Assembly: GCA_002269645.1 (NCBI GenBank)
Contig: NIVC01001304.1
Location: forward strand, 253,233 to 317,232
DNA length: 64,000 nt
Origin: Macrostomum lignano
Taxonomy: Eukaryota
Reading direction: 5' to 3'
Positions 13,211 to 64,000 of the stretch are shown here, in pieces. A program made the translations under genes and the position numbers. Positions within the stretch are counted from its first letter, which is position 1. Each line of letters opens with the position of its first letter. The notes beneath the pieces were generated by a model that did not search any database, was not told the origin of the DNA, and saw only the letters and a program-made list of their open reading frames with translations.

Positions 13211-14099
13211 ATACTATAGGCCCTAGGGCCAAGCCTTCTTAAATCTTAGTTCTAGGACTTATTTTATACAATTTATAATACTAATAAAAAATAATAGGTA
13301 GGTAGGCCTAGCTTTATAGCCTTTTAAAGGCTTAAGTAATATACTTAAAAGGCTAGGCCTATGCCTATAGCTAATAGCTTTTTTAGGGGCTAGCTGCCTA
13401 GACAAGACTACTTCACAAATAAAAATGTACATAGGCTCTATATGATAATATAGTCATAGATAGGTGGCCTCCAGCTTTATTAACATTAGGTCTACTCCGC
13501 TCTTGTCTTAGGGCCTATTTGGAGTAGAAGGGCTCACGCAAATCTCAGCTAGTAGCTAGGTAGGCCTAGCCGCCTAGCTAGTTTTAGCACGCAAATTCAA
13601 CGACAGAAATTTTAACACAGACAAATTCGGCGAAAGCAAAATCAGCGACAACCTAGGCAAGGCAATTTCGATGACAAGTCTTCATATAGGCCTAGCTTAA
13701 TTTAAAGCAAATTAAATTTAAGAGTTTCTTAATCTTAATATTCTCTTAAAAGCTCACGACCTGTGTGATAGAAAAAAATATGCGTTCGATAGAAATACTC
13801 GTAATTTTGACATCGCGCGTCCGAGAATGAACGAACATTTCTTGGAAAGCAACACCTTTCTAAATTCTTTTGTTCAAAATAATTCATGCGTGTGACAGCT
13901 TTTTGACGCCCCTATCTCCGATCCCCAAGCTTATTCCTGTCTACACTACGCAATCCCCCATCATAAATAATTTTTTCTCTGCTGCGCCCCCCCCAAACTT
14001 CTCGTCCAATCATAGCGCGGCTGAAGGGTGACGTCATCAGGGTTGCTAATAACGGAGGTCAAGAACAAGTCAGGACCTAAATCCCCGACCCAGCAAGTC

Positions 14100-14960
14100 C
14101 CGCCAATCTACCCGTGGGAGGCCAATGCCTAGCAAAGTCTACATCACCAATTAGACCGCATTACTAGAGCGGCAAGTTCCTTTAATCCGTTCAAGGCGGC
14201 TGGGCCAGAGGGTTATCTACTATTACCCAACGTACTTGCACAAGGTGGTAAAAAACCACCGCTTTCTGGACCTCCTCTGTCGTCTCCTCCGAGCTTGCGT
14301 GGAACTGGGCTATGTACATGCATGTACATGTTGCGTGGAGAGATCGAGGCTCGAGTTGTCTTTTTTGTCCCCAAGCCTAAGAAGAGCAACTACTGCAGCT
14401 GTTGAAGGCCTTCAGGCCATCAGCCTCATCTGTTTCTACCATAAGATTTGGCCCCGGCGCCTGCTCTCTGTCGAGCTAAAGCGCTTCCTCATAAGGGCTA
14501 GCGGCCTGAGCGTCAAGGGCTACATGTAACCTCGACTCTCTCTATAGAGTTCAGGGCAGAGCTTGCCGCATGACGATTTGGCGCTCCACCGTCTACTCCC
14601 TCTGAAGGCATGAATGCCTTATTCAGTGCACGTCGTCTAGACATTTATACCAAAGAAGAGGCAGCGAATAGCACCCGGCGACCGATGCTGGGGTTGCTTT
14701 CAAAGAAGTGCGAGCCTTTAAGAAGCGTTCGGTGATGAAAGACTCCGATCTCTGCCTCAAGACTCTCGAGGAGAGTGGGCAGGCTCAACATCCTCACGGA
14801 CTCGATCCCCTGCAGCCACCCTTCTCCTGAGCCAAAGGTATAAGGTCACCATTCAGCCTCGACACGAGGCGAGTGATACCTGGAGCGATTCCGAAGTTTA
14901 CTGTTACACTGACGGCTCAATGAGGCATGATCTCTAAGGCCTCGGAGCATGCGTCCTCAT
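14100..14960 (+). mobile_element. Heavily decayed non-LTR retrotransposon (RT + RNase H relic)
   Basis: Broken frames give SFNPFKAAGPEG (pre-RT KAxGPDG-like), AISLICFYHKI (RPISL..K-like) and VYCYTDGS (RNase H N-terminal motif, about 14896-14919). Confidence 0.5.
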
Positions 14961-15044
14961 TAAGGGAGAAGCGGTTGGGGAGCGATGTTTTCAGAGCGAG
15001 GTGCTTGCCATCAGCTCCTGCGCGGCAGATAACACAAAATTTAA

Positions 15045-15192
15045 ATAATAAAAAAATCGATTTCCAGGATCAGCATCTTTATGGTGATCTCTACGTTGGT
15101 ATTTCCCAATAATGACTTCCACCGCGGGGTGGACTCGAACCACCGCTCTAAACCCTAAGCTGGGTGTCCGCCCTCAGTGCGGCTACTCCGCC
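15045..15192 (-). mobile_element. tRNA-derived SINE
   Basis: Minus strand GGCGGAGTAGCCGCACTGAGG...GGTGGTTCGAGTCCACC with A-box-like and B-box motifs and an intact T-arm, but a broken acceptor stem. Confidence 0.55.
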
Positions 15193-15477
15193 TACTTGTT
15201 TGAGGGCGAACAGAACCTGCAATATAAGTTTTCATTTTTTATCCCCAGTCAGCCAGCTAAAAATTTTCTTTTGTGCTTAATTTGAAAAATGTGATAGTAG
15301 TCGTGAACATTTTCTGATTTTATTTAGAATTATCCGTGCTCCCTTATTTTGGCGGAAATTCCAACCCTCCGTGCTTTCGCTGAGCTATTCTTCTGTAGCC
15401 TAATACGAGCACATTAAAGTACATTAAATCAAAATATAGTAATCTTTAAGAATCAAAGCTCATGGGGAAGGGAATAC

Positions 15478-15615
15478 CTGAGATGTCAAGGCTCACGGGG
15501 GGAATAGCTGAGATGTCAAGGCTTACGAGGGGAACTGTTGAGATTTCAATGCTTACTGGGATAATTTCTGAGAAGCAAGGCTCCGGGGGGGGTATTTCTG
15601 AGTTGCCAAGGCTAA
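15478..15615. repeat. Degenerate 30-bp tandem repeat
   Basis: About 4.5 copies of CTGAGATGTCAAGGCTCACGGGGGGAATAG-like units. Confidence 0.7.
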
Positions 15616-16565
15616 GGTCAGAAGCTACAGGTAGTTTATGCAAAAATTTGTATTCAATTCTTTGTTGACTCCCCAACGGGGGGGCGCTGATTGCTAGTAA
15701 CCTACTCTAAGTAGTGTGAGTAGGTCTGAAACGTGTTGCAAGACCCGAAACTCAATCGGCAAAAACATGACCCACTTAGAAAGCCGCACTTCCGAATTAA
15801 CAAAGACCAAAACTGTAGTAAAGAATTCCTTTAAAATACGTGTGAAATGCCAGCTTCATTATCTACTAACCAATCACAGGTCTGTTCATAAAAATTCTGT
15901 CTGCAAACGGTAGAAAAGCAAAAAAAGGGATATAAGAATTTTTATCCATAAACTGCAGAAACGAGAAGAGGAGATCACGCAGCCGAAACAGGCCAGAGTT
16001 TGTGAAGTTATACGAAATAAACATTAAATATCCGGAAAGAAAAAGTGAGTTAAAAGAAACAATTTAAAAGGTGTTTAAAATATTCATTTAAGGCACACGT
16101 TGCACTGCAGTAAACAATAGTTTACAGACGAAATTCGCTGCACCCTGCGTAGCTGGGTAGGTAGGTATCTATAATGTGACCGATTAGAGAAAAAATGGCT
16201 CAATAGCTTTCTAAAATATTAAAACACATGGGAGGAATAAAATAAAATAAGATGGGTCAGCCTTAAATGGTTGGCAGCAGAAATAAGCCAGATAGGTTCG
16301 CCAGTGTGCTCATGCAACAGCTGGGCAAATAAAAGCGATCATGAGCACTTAGATAACAGCATGACAGGTGCAGGTGCGGACGGAGTTTGGAAAATGGAGT
16401 TGGGCGAATGTCTGGATGACCGAGAAGAACACAGAAGCCGTCTTTTAAGCAAATCCGTCAAAGCAAAGCAAGACATAACTCCAAAAATTTTGGTCTGTGG
16501 TCAAAAGGCTCGATCGATTTTATAAGGTGGTTCAACCATAGACACACAAGTAAGATATTTTTAAC

Positions 16566-16796
16566 ACTACACCTTTTCACGTTCAATTTTGAACAAAGTC
16601 CAGTTCTAAAAAAACTAGCGGAAATTCAATTCAGACAATTCAGACTGGGGACAATTTTGTCTATGGCTAAACCTCGCTTCCGTAGCAGAATGTTTTGAAC
16701 TGGGGTTTGTTGCCCCAGTCTGAATTGTCTGAATTGAATTCCGCTAGTTTTTTTAGAACTGGACTTTGTTCAAAATTGAACGTGAAAAGGTGTAGT
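16566..16796. mobile_element. Foldback MITE with 85-bp terminal inverted repeats
   Basis: Arms 16566-16650 and 16713-16796 complementary except one indel; flanked on both sides by AAC. Confidence 0.85.
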
Positions 16797-16949
16797 AACG
16801 CGTTATGTTTATGAAACCAAAATCGTTGACGCTTGACGCTTGTCACTTGTCATTTGTCGACTTGTCACTTGTCACTTGTAGTTTTTTATGAAATCGGCCC
16901 CTGGAAACTAACTGTCATGAATGTGTTATGACAGTGTGCTCTTTGCTAA

Positions 16950-17758
16950 GTTGCTGCACCGGGCCAGTGGGCCGTCCTCTCCCCCTCCCCCCTCCTTAGA
17001 TATTTTCTGACTCACCCACCTGCACTTCTGCGCGTGCGTACCCTCCCCCCTCTCTGCCTAGGCCTTGTCTGTTGTTCAACCCCCATTCTCTGCGTGCGAC
17101 CCCCCCCCCTTGCTCTGTGTGCGCCCCGTGCGACCCCGCCCCATTCTTTTGTTAGCTTTGCTGCCCCGCCCCTGTTTGTAATTGGTTGCCAGTCCCAGTC
17201 TGCCGTGCTGCGCCCCGGCGATTGGCTGGTACGGCTCATGTTTTTTCTATGCTGATGTCTAAGCCCCCTTTTCTGCCGTTATCCCGCGCCCTCAACCCCC
17301 AGTTTGCTGCCTATTTATTCGGACCCCCTTAGGACCCCATTCTCGTCGTCTTCGTGGCTCCTCGGCGATTGTGCCAGCGTTGGTTGCTGAATTGCTATTC
17401 CTCGCAGAATTGTTAGACAAATATATAAGTAAAGAACACCGAGATCACTACTGCTCTGACGGCGCTGTTTCTTGTACGACTGAAATCGCGGCTGGTAAGC
17501 CTTCCAATTTGTACCCATTTGGGTCTGCATCTATACTAGGCACCTTAGAGGGATTAAGTGCGTCGTACGCCGGTCCCACCCCAAGCAGCTCTGCGTCGTA
17601 CGCGAGTCTGTAGGCTGTCGAGCGTCGTACGCTCGAGCAGCCTAGTCCCGACGGACACCGCGTCGTACGCGTGTCAGTGGAGGACCGCAGCCGGGGTCAG
17701 TACACGAACCCGGGTCTGGGAAAGGGGCACGAAAGGACCGAGCCCTTGAGCCCCAACA
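16950..17758 (+). mobile_element. Possible solo LTR
   Basis: GC-rich island in AT-rich context, TATATAAG followed by AGTAAA at about 17422-17433, ends CCCCAACA; no clean TG start or TSD found. Confidence 0.3.
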
Positions 17759-18054
17759 TCACATAACCAAGTTCAAGCTATTTTGCAGCGATATGGACTC
17801 ATGGCCTCATGAAATTCTGTTTTACAGGCAGTTGCTAATCCGAGATGTACAGTCAAGCCCATCACATGAAGTGATTTGTTCTAAAGAAATGGTCCATTAA
17901 ATTTTTTTTTAAAAGTACAATGAAACTTTCTCAACATTTTGCATGAGAATTCTGCTAGTTCAAAACCCGACTCTCGCTTTTAAAAGTGCCCATTTGACTA
18001 GTTTATAACGTGTGAAAGTGAGATCCAGCGAGCTCCAAAGCACTGCAATTTGCA

Positions 18055-18594
18055 TCAACCTTTCCTAGCAACTTGAGCCACAAAGTCGTTTCTGACCCAC
18101 AGTCCGTCCCACTCGCTGAATGTAGCGATGTTCTGCACTTGGAAGCTACCCATGGACAGCAGAGAGAAGTTCCTCGAGGTCATGAAGCGAGTCACAAACT
18201 CGTAATGTTTGGAAGATTGCGGTCGCTCACCGAGCTTCCGCCAGAACTCCATCTGCAGCGCCATGATGTTGAGCTCTCTGAACAGCTTCTCGCCAGTCTT
18301 CATGAACAGGTGCTCACCGGATTCGATGTCCATCTTGACGACCACATTCTTGGTGCCGATGTGCCCTCGAAGCTCGTCCGCTTTGGCAGTCGTGACGGGA
18401 ATCGTGTCCTCGATTGACTTCGTGACCTGCCGTTTCCAGTCATCCAATCCGCCTGAGCCGCTTCCAACGTTGCAATCCATGCCGTCAGCGTCCCAGCTGA
18501 TCCGCTTGAGCCCCACGTCGTCGCTGATGAAGCCCCAGAAGAGCGTCCCAGAAACTCTGATGCCGACTTTGAAGCGATCAACTTGTTGGGCCAC
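18055..18594 (-). CDS. FkbM/Methyltransf_21-like SAM-dependent methyltransferase, C-terminal exon
   Basis: 179-codon GC-rich ORF with GFISD, then TTAKADEL and VVKMDIESGE...LQMEF (LKIDVEGxE...E pattern); SAM-binding motif I is absent, so upstream exon(s) are implied but not located. Confidence 0.7.
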   Translation of the reverse strand: MAQQVDRFKVGIRVSGTLFWGFISDDVGLKRISWDADGMDCNVGSGSGGLDDWKRQVTKSIEDTIPVTTAKADELRGHIGTKNVVVKMDIESGEHLFMKTGEKLFRELNIMALQMEFWRKLGERPQSSKHYEFVTRFMTSRNFSLLSMGSFQVQNIATFSEWDGLWVRNDFVAQVARKG

Positions 18595-19584
18595 ATTACA
18601 GACGCCACAGTAATTAAAAGAACTGTAGCGCAGGCCAGCAGTATTAGATACTGCTGTGTTCTCATTGCATTGACTAGAACGGAGCAGAACAGTTAGTCCT
18701 CAAAAATGTAAAAATTTTACTTATTGCAATTTATTTCCGCAAGTTTGCGCCTGCTCCATGGCACCTGGGCTGGTAAGCGGACCTGGGCAGCAGTTTTCAA
18801 GCAGTGAGCAGAGCACATAAGGGATGAGATGGGGTGGGATGAGATGGGGTGGGATGAAGCGATATGAACTTTACGTAAGATGCAATGGATATATAAGGAT
18901 GGGTAAATATAAAATATAAACATTCACAGGAGAGCTGCTTGGGGCGCTGGTCTTGGAGGACTCAGGGATGAGATGGGATGATGAAACCAGATGAGATTAG
19001 ATTAGTGGGATGAGACAGAGTTTGAATCTTCAACTGATCCAGCAATGACTTAAGTAGTGCACGAATGATGAAATCCTGGTCCTGGAGGGACAAAACGTGC
19101 AAACAGCAAAATTAACCGCTAGAAAATGCTTAGCAAACGCGAACGCATGCTGCTACTAAAAGTAACAACAGAAGCAGAAAACCCAAACGTGGCCAGGAAA
19201 ATCACAGGGCAGCACAAGGTGAAATGCTTTGCAGCAGTTTAATAATTCTGAAGCTCAATAAATATATGTATTGCCATTCTGATGAATTCACACCTGTAAG
19301 CACATCAGTTGAGGCGATTACAATTTATTATTGATTCGATTAGCAATTCTCATAGGAAATTGAATGGAAACTTGCTAATGTTGATAATAACAGTATTGTA
19401 CTGCCCCATTGTTGCTGCACAATAAAAGTTCCCGTACACTTGCTACTCTTGCGGTCACGACTCTCGGCTCAGCTCTGTCGAAGGACAAAACAAAAACTAT
19501 CGCAGCATGCCTGCAATATGGTCGAGTGAAGGTTCGCTCCAAAATTCGCCTTATTAAGCCTTGATAGTGGCTTGTAGGGCATCG

Positions 19585-19795
19585 GAGCATAGAAACCAAT
19601 GACTTGATGCCCTGGCCTGCCACTCAGAGCATAGAAATCAATCACTTGATACCCTGGCCTGCCACTCAGAGCATAGAAATCAGTCACTTGATTCCCTGGC
19701 CTGCCACTCAGAGCATAGAAATCGATCACTTGATGCCCTGGCCTCCCACTCAGAGCATAGAAATCAATCACTTGATGACCTGGCCTCCCACTCCC
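19585..19795. repeat. 42-bp minisatellite
   Basis: Unit CACTTGATGCCCTGGCCTGCCACTCAGAGCATAGAAATCAAT, about 5 copies. Confidence 0.9.
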
Positions 19796-20451
19796 GCCGT
19801 GATCAGCCTCAAGAACTGTCTCCAGAACAAAAGAACACTGGAGACATCGAAGTGACATCCCAAAAAATGGCAACTCAGGCCTAAAAACCCTGGCCCGAAG
19901 ACCTAACTAACTGCGTATTTGCTTCTTGTTTGATTTGAAAAACTGTTAAACTGATTAAAACAAAATTAAAACAAATTTATTTAATGCAAATGCTTATCAC
20001 AAGCAATTTGAAGACAGACCTTGGTATACAGTTTATTTGTAAAAATGTGTTTTAAAAAAGCACAATGTCTTCATACGTACGCTCGCATGTGCAGTGCATG
20101 CGAATATACAGCGGGAAAAAAAGTCTTTTAGAAAGCTTGTCTTTTAAAAATTCGATATTTTTAGTCTTTAACCCATTTTTAATTATTTTTTTCATATCTG
20201 AGTTTTATTGTGAATTTTAATATTGTAAATTGCTTTCCAATTCCTCAAAGCAATTTTCATATATTTTAAGAACTACGAGCTAAAAGTAAAGCTGGACTTC
20301 GCAGGTACATGAATATACATGTAACAGTAAAGAACGGATACAAGTGCACGCCCGAGGTCATAAACATACGGTGCACGATCGTAGCCGTTCTTCACCGATA
20401 TTGTATGATTTTGAAGGCATCCGACCATAGATATTTGAAGCGTGCAACATT

Positions 20452-20729
20452 GGGCCGTATGCAGAAAGCTTAGTCCAGACTAGCTAGTCCGGACTTGGGT
20501 AGTTCAGTCTATAGTCTATGGTCTAGCTACCCTAGTTCTGTCTACAGTAGACCGGTCTAACTTTGTGTTTCTGCATACCAAACCCAAGTCCAGACTTGCT
20601 TTTCAAGACCGGACTACCCTAGACAGAGCTTTCTGCAAACGGCCCTTTGTGTTTCTGCATACCAAATCCAAGTCCAGATTAGCTTTTCAAGACCGGACTA
20701 CCCTAGACAGAGCTTTCTGCATACGGCCC
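20452..20729. mobile_element. PIF/Harbinger-like MITE with duplicated right end
   Basis: Perfect 19-bp TIR GGGCCGTATGCAGAAAGCT / AGCTTTCTGCATACGGCCC; last about 84 bp tandemly duplicated; flanks ATT / AAT. Confidence 0.75.
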
Positions 20730-21008
20730 AATCAGTTTGGGTCAGCGTACACCCATGATGCATTTGCTGCACGCTCGAAACATCTATGGCCTAAACTTGG
20801 TGTTGAGCAGCCTTAAGTGAAATGATTATCATTCTATTCAACATTCGTATCTCAATTTTAACGACCGTGTATACCAAAGCTCTTGACTTACTTGACTTAG
20901 CTGCAGGGGGCTCATAGTCATGATCTACGACGCGGCATCTGGAGAACGAATTGGTGTGGTCTACTATACATTCACAAGGAGACGTGATCGGTGCCTCCTC
21001 TGCTGAGA

Positions 21009-21183
21009 ATGGCGAGCGTATTCAGCATGTTGGACGATCTGGCTCAATTAGACGTAAAAGAACTCGAGGAGCTTTTACACAGTCAGGATCAGGATTGAGA
21101 TCTGCTCAATGAGATGGATCTTATGCAATATTGGACAATACGCCGAAGTCTGTTTGTTCTAGTGCAAGAAAATCGGGCGCTTC
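21009..21183 (+). pseudogene. Interrupted ORF fragment resembling a VPS37 (Mod(r)) N-terminus
   Basis: MASVFSMLDDLAQLDVKELEELLHSQDQD*DLLNEMDLMQYWTIRRSLFVLVQENRAL followed by GTAAGT; one in-frame TGA; resemblance judged from memory only. Confidence 0.3.
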
Positions 21184-21709
21184 GTAAGTTTTGCGAGTTT
21201 CTGTCAAGCAAGAGCCACTCCTGCAGTCTGGCGACAGCCGACATTCAAAATATCACATCTCATCTTCTAAGCTTTTGTTTGTAAGATTGATGGCGCATTT
21301 TATGCGCCTGCTTTATTGATTACCGCTCTAGCTGGTCAGTCCGCTGCCTACTTCGTGTCCGTGGAATTAATATATCATCGAGGATCAACGTTTCGAATTC
21401 CAATCTTCAATTGAAAGCCACTGCCTATTGAATAGTTTGATATTTTGGCTCGCTTAAATTTTTATTGAAGTTTCCTTGTTTTTTTCCTGTTAACTCATAC
21501 CTTGCTGCATACTGTTTAATGTTTAATGTAATATTAAATAAAGTTTTTTGTTCAGCTTGGTTTGGCCATAGACATTTGAAGCGTGCAGCAATTTGGCTTC
21601 ATTGGTAGACCCCTAAAAACCCCTCCAAAATGATACAATTAAAGTTATCGCAGCAGACTGGGGAACGCGGCAAGTTAAACGCTACGTAAGTCGGTCAGCC
21701 AATCAGCTC

Positions 21710-63215
<41,506 letters not shown>

Positions 63216-63424
63216 CTGCGAGCGGGCGGTGGCGGCGGAAATTCTCCGGTTTCTCTCTGCCATGGACTACTAATTAGAGAATCTGGTCGGCGACAAGCAT
63301 CCAGCTCCAGTTTCCCACCCAATGAGGCTTTGCACACTCCGTATTAGAAATATAAAAGTATCCCTTGCAGGCAAAATAGAAAAGAATAGTCTCAAATTCA
63401 TGCGACTTTGGACATTAGCAAAAA

Positions 63425-64000
63425 TCTACCTGTCCCTATCTGCCTGTCCTTGTCTACCTGCCCCTATCTGCCTGTCCTTATCTGCCTGTCCCTATCTGCC
63501 TGTCCTTGTCTACCTGTCCCTATCTGCCTGTCCCTGTCTACCTGTCCCTATCTGCCTGTCCTTATCTGTCTGTCCCTATCTGCCTGTCCTTGTCTACCTG
63601 TCCCTATCTGCCTGTCCCTGTCTACCTGTCCCTATCTGCCTGTCCTTATCTGTCTGTCCCTATCTGCCTGTCCTTGTCTACCTGTCCCTATCTGCCTGTC
63701 CCTGTCTACCTGTCCCTATCTGCCTGTCCCTGTCTGCCTGTCCCTATCTGCCTGTCCCTGTTGCCTGTCCCTATCTGCCTGTCCCTATCTGCCTGTCCCT
63801 GTCTACCTGTCCCTATCTGCCTGTCCCTGTCTGCCTGTCCCTATCTGCCTGTCCCTATCTGCCCGTCCTTGTCTACCTGTCCCTATCTGCCTGTCCCTGT
63901 CTACCTGTCCCTATCTGCCTGTCCCTATCTGCCTGTCCTTGTCTACCTGCCCCTATCTGCCTGTCCTTATCTGCCTGTCCCTATCTGCCTGTCCTTGTCT
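63425..64000. repeat. 14-bp-based minisatellite (runs off window)
   Basis: TGTCCCTATCTGCC alternating with TGTCCTTGTCTACC. Confidence 0.92.

Noticed and set aside
14030-14045. Hammerhead ribozyme cores (CTGATGA here on the minus strand, and at about 19280 on the plus strand)
   Set aside because: No GAAA with a closing stem II at a suitable distance and no stems I/III
19469-19560. NFGANL as the missing FkbM motif I exon
   Set aside because: Only GAN matches; following residues lack the G and AFEP pattern, the frame stops soon, and upstream it runs into the 42-bp repeat

Overview
Eukaryotic (metazoan) genomic DNA with GC-rich exons and introns largely filled by tandem minisatellites. This style resembles the flatworm Macrostomum, which is an inference only. 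Three protein-coding loci lie on the minus strand. (1) About 44 exons, spanning 21710 to beyond 63215, of a very large, divergent axonemal dynein heavy chain most similar to the outer-arm gamma (DNAH5/DNAH8) class; its 5' end is beyond the window. (2) An isolated exon encoding the C-terminal two-thirds of an FkbM-type methyltransferase (18055-18594). (3) The first four exons of a MINPP1-type histidine phosphatase (8105-4734), continuing off the left edge. The AT-rich 9.4-21.6 kb region holds decayed non-autonomous DNA transposons (hAT-, MULE-, Harbinger-like, foldback), a LINE relic, a tRNA-derived SINE and a solo-LTR-like segment with four identical-loop hairpins. No rRNA, bona fide tRNA or CRISPR array is supported. 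The most notable observations are: degenerate ATPase motifs and a remodelled stalk in the dynein; a distinct minisatellite in most introns; two complementary intronic arrays bracketing an in-frame exon block; the hairpin cluster; and nine single-base frameshifts that look like long-read consensus errors. All protein family calls come from recalled motifs, not database searches.
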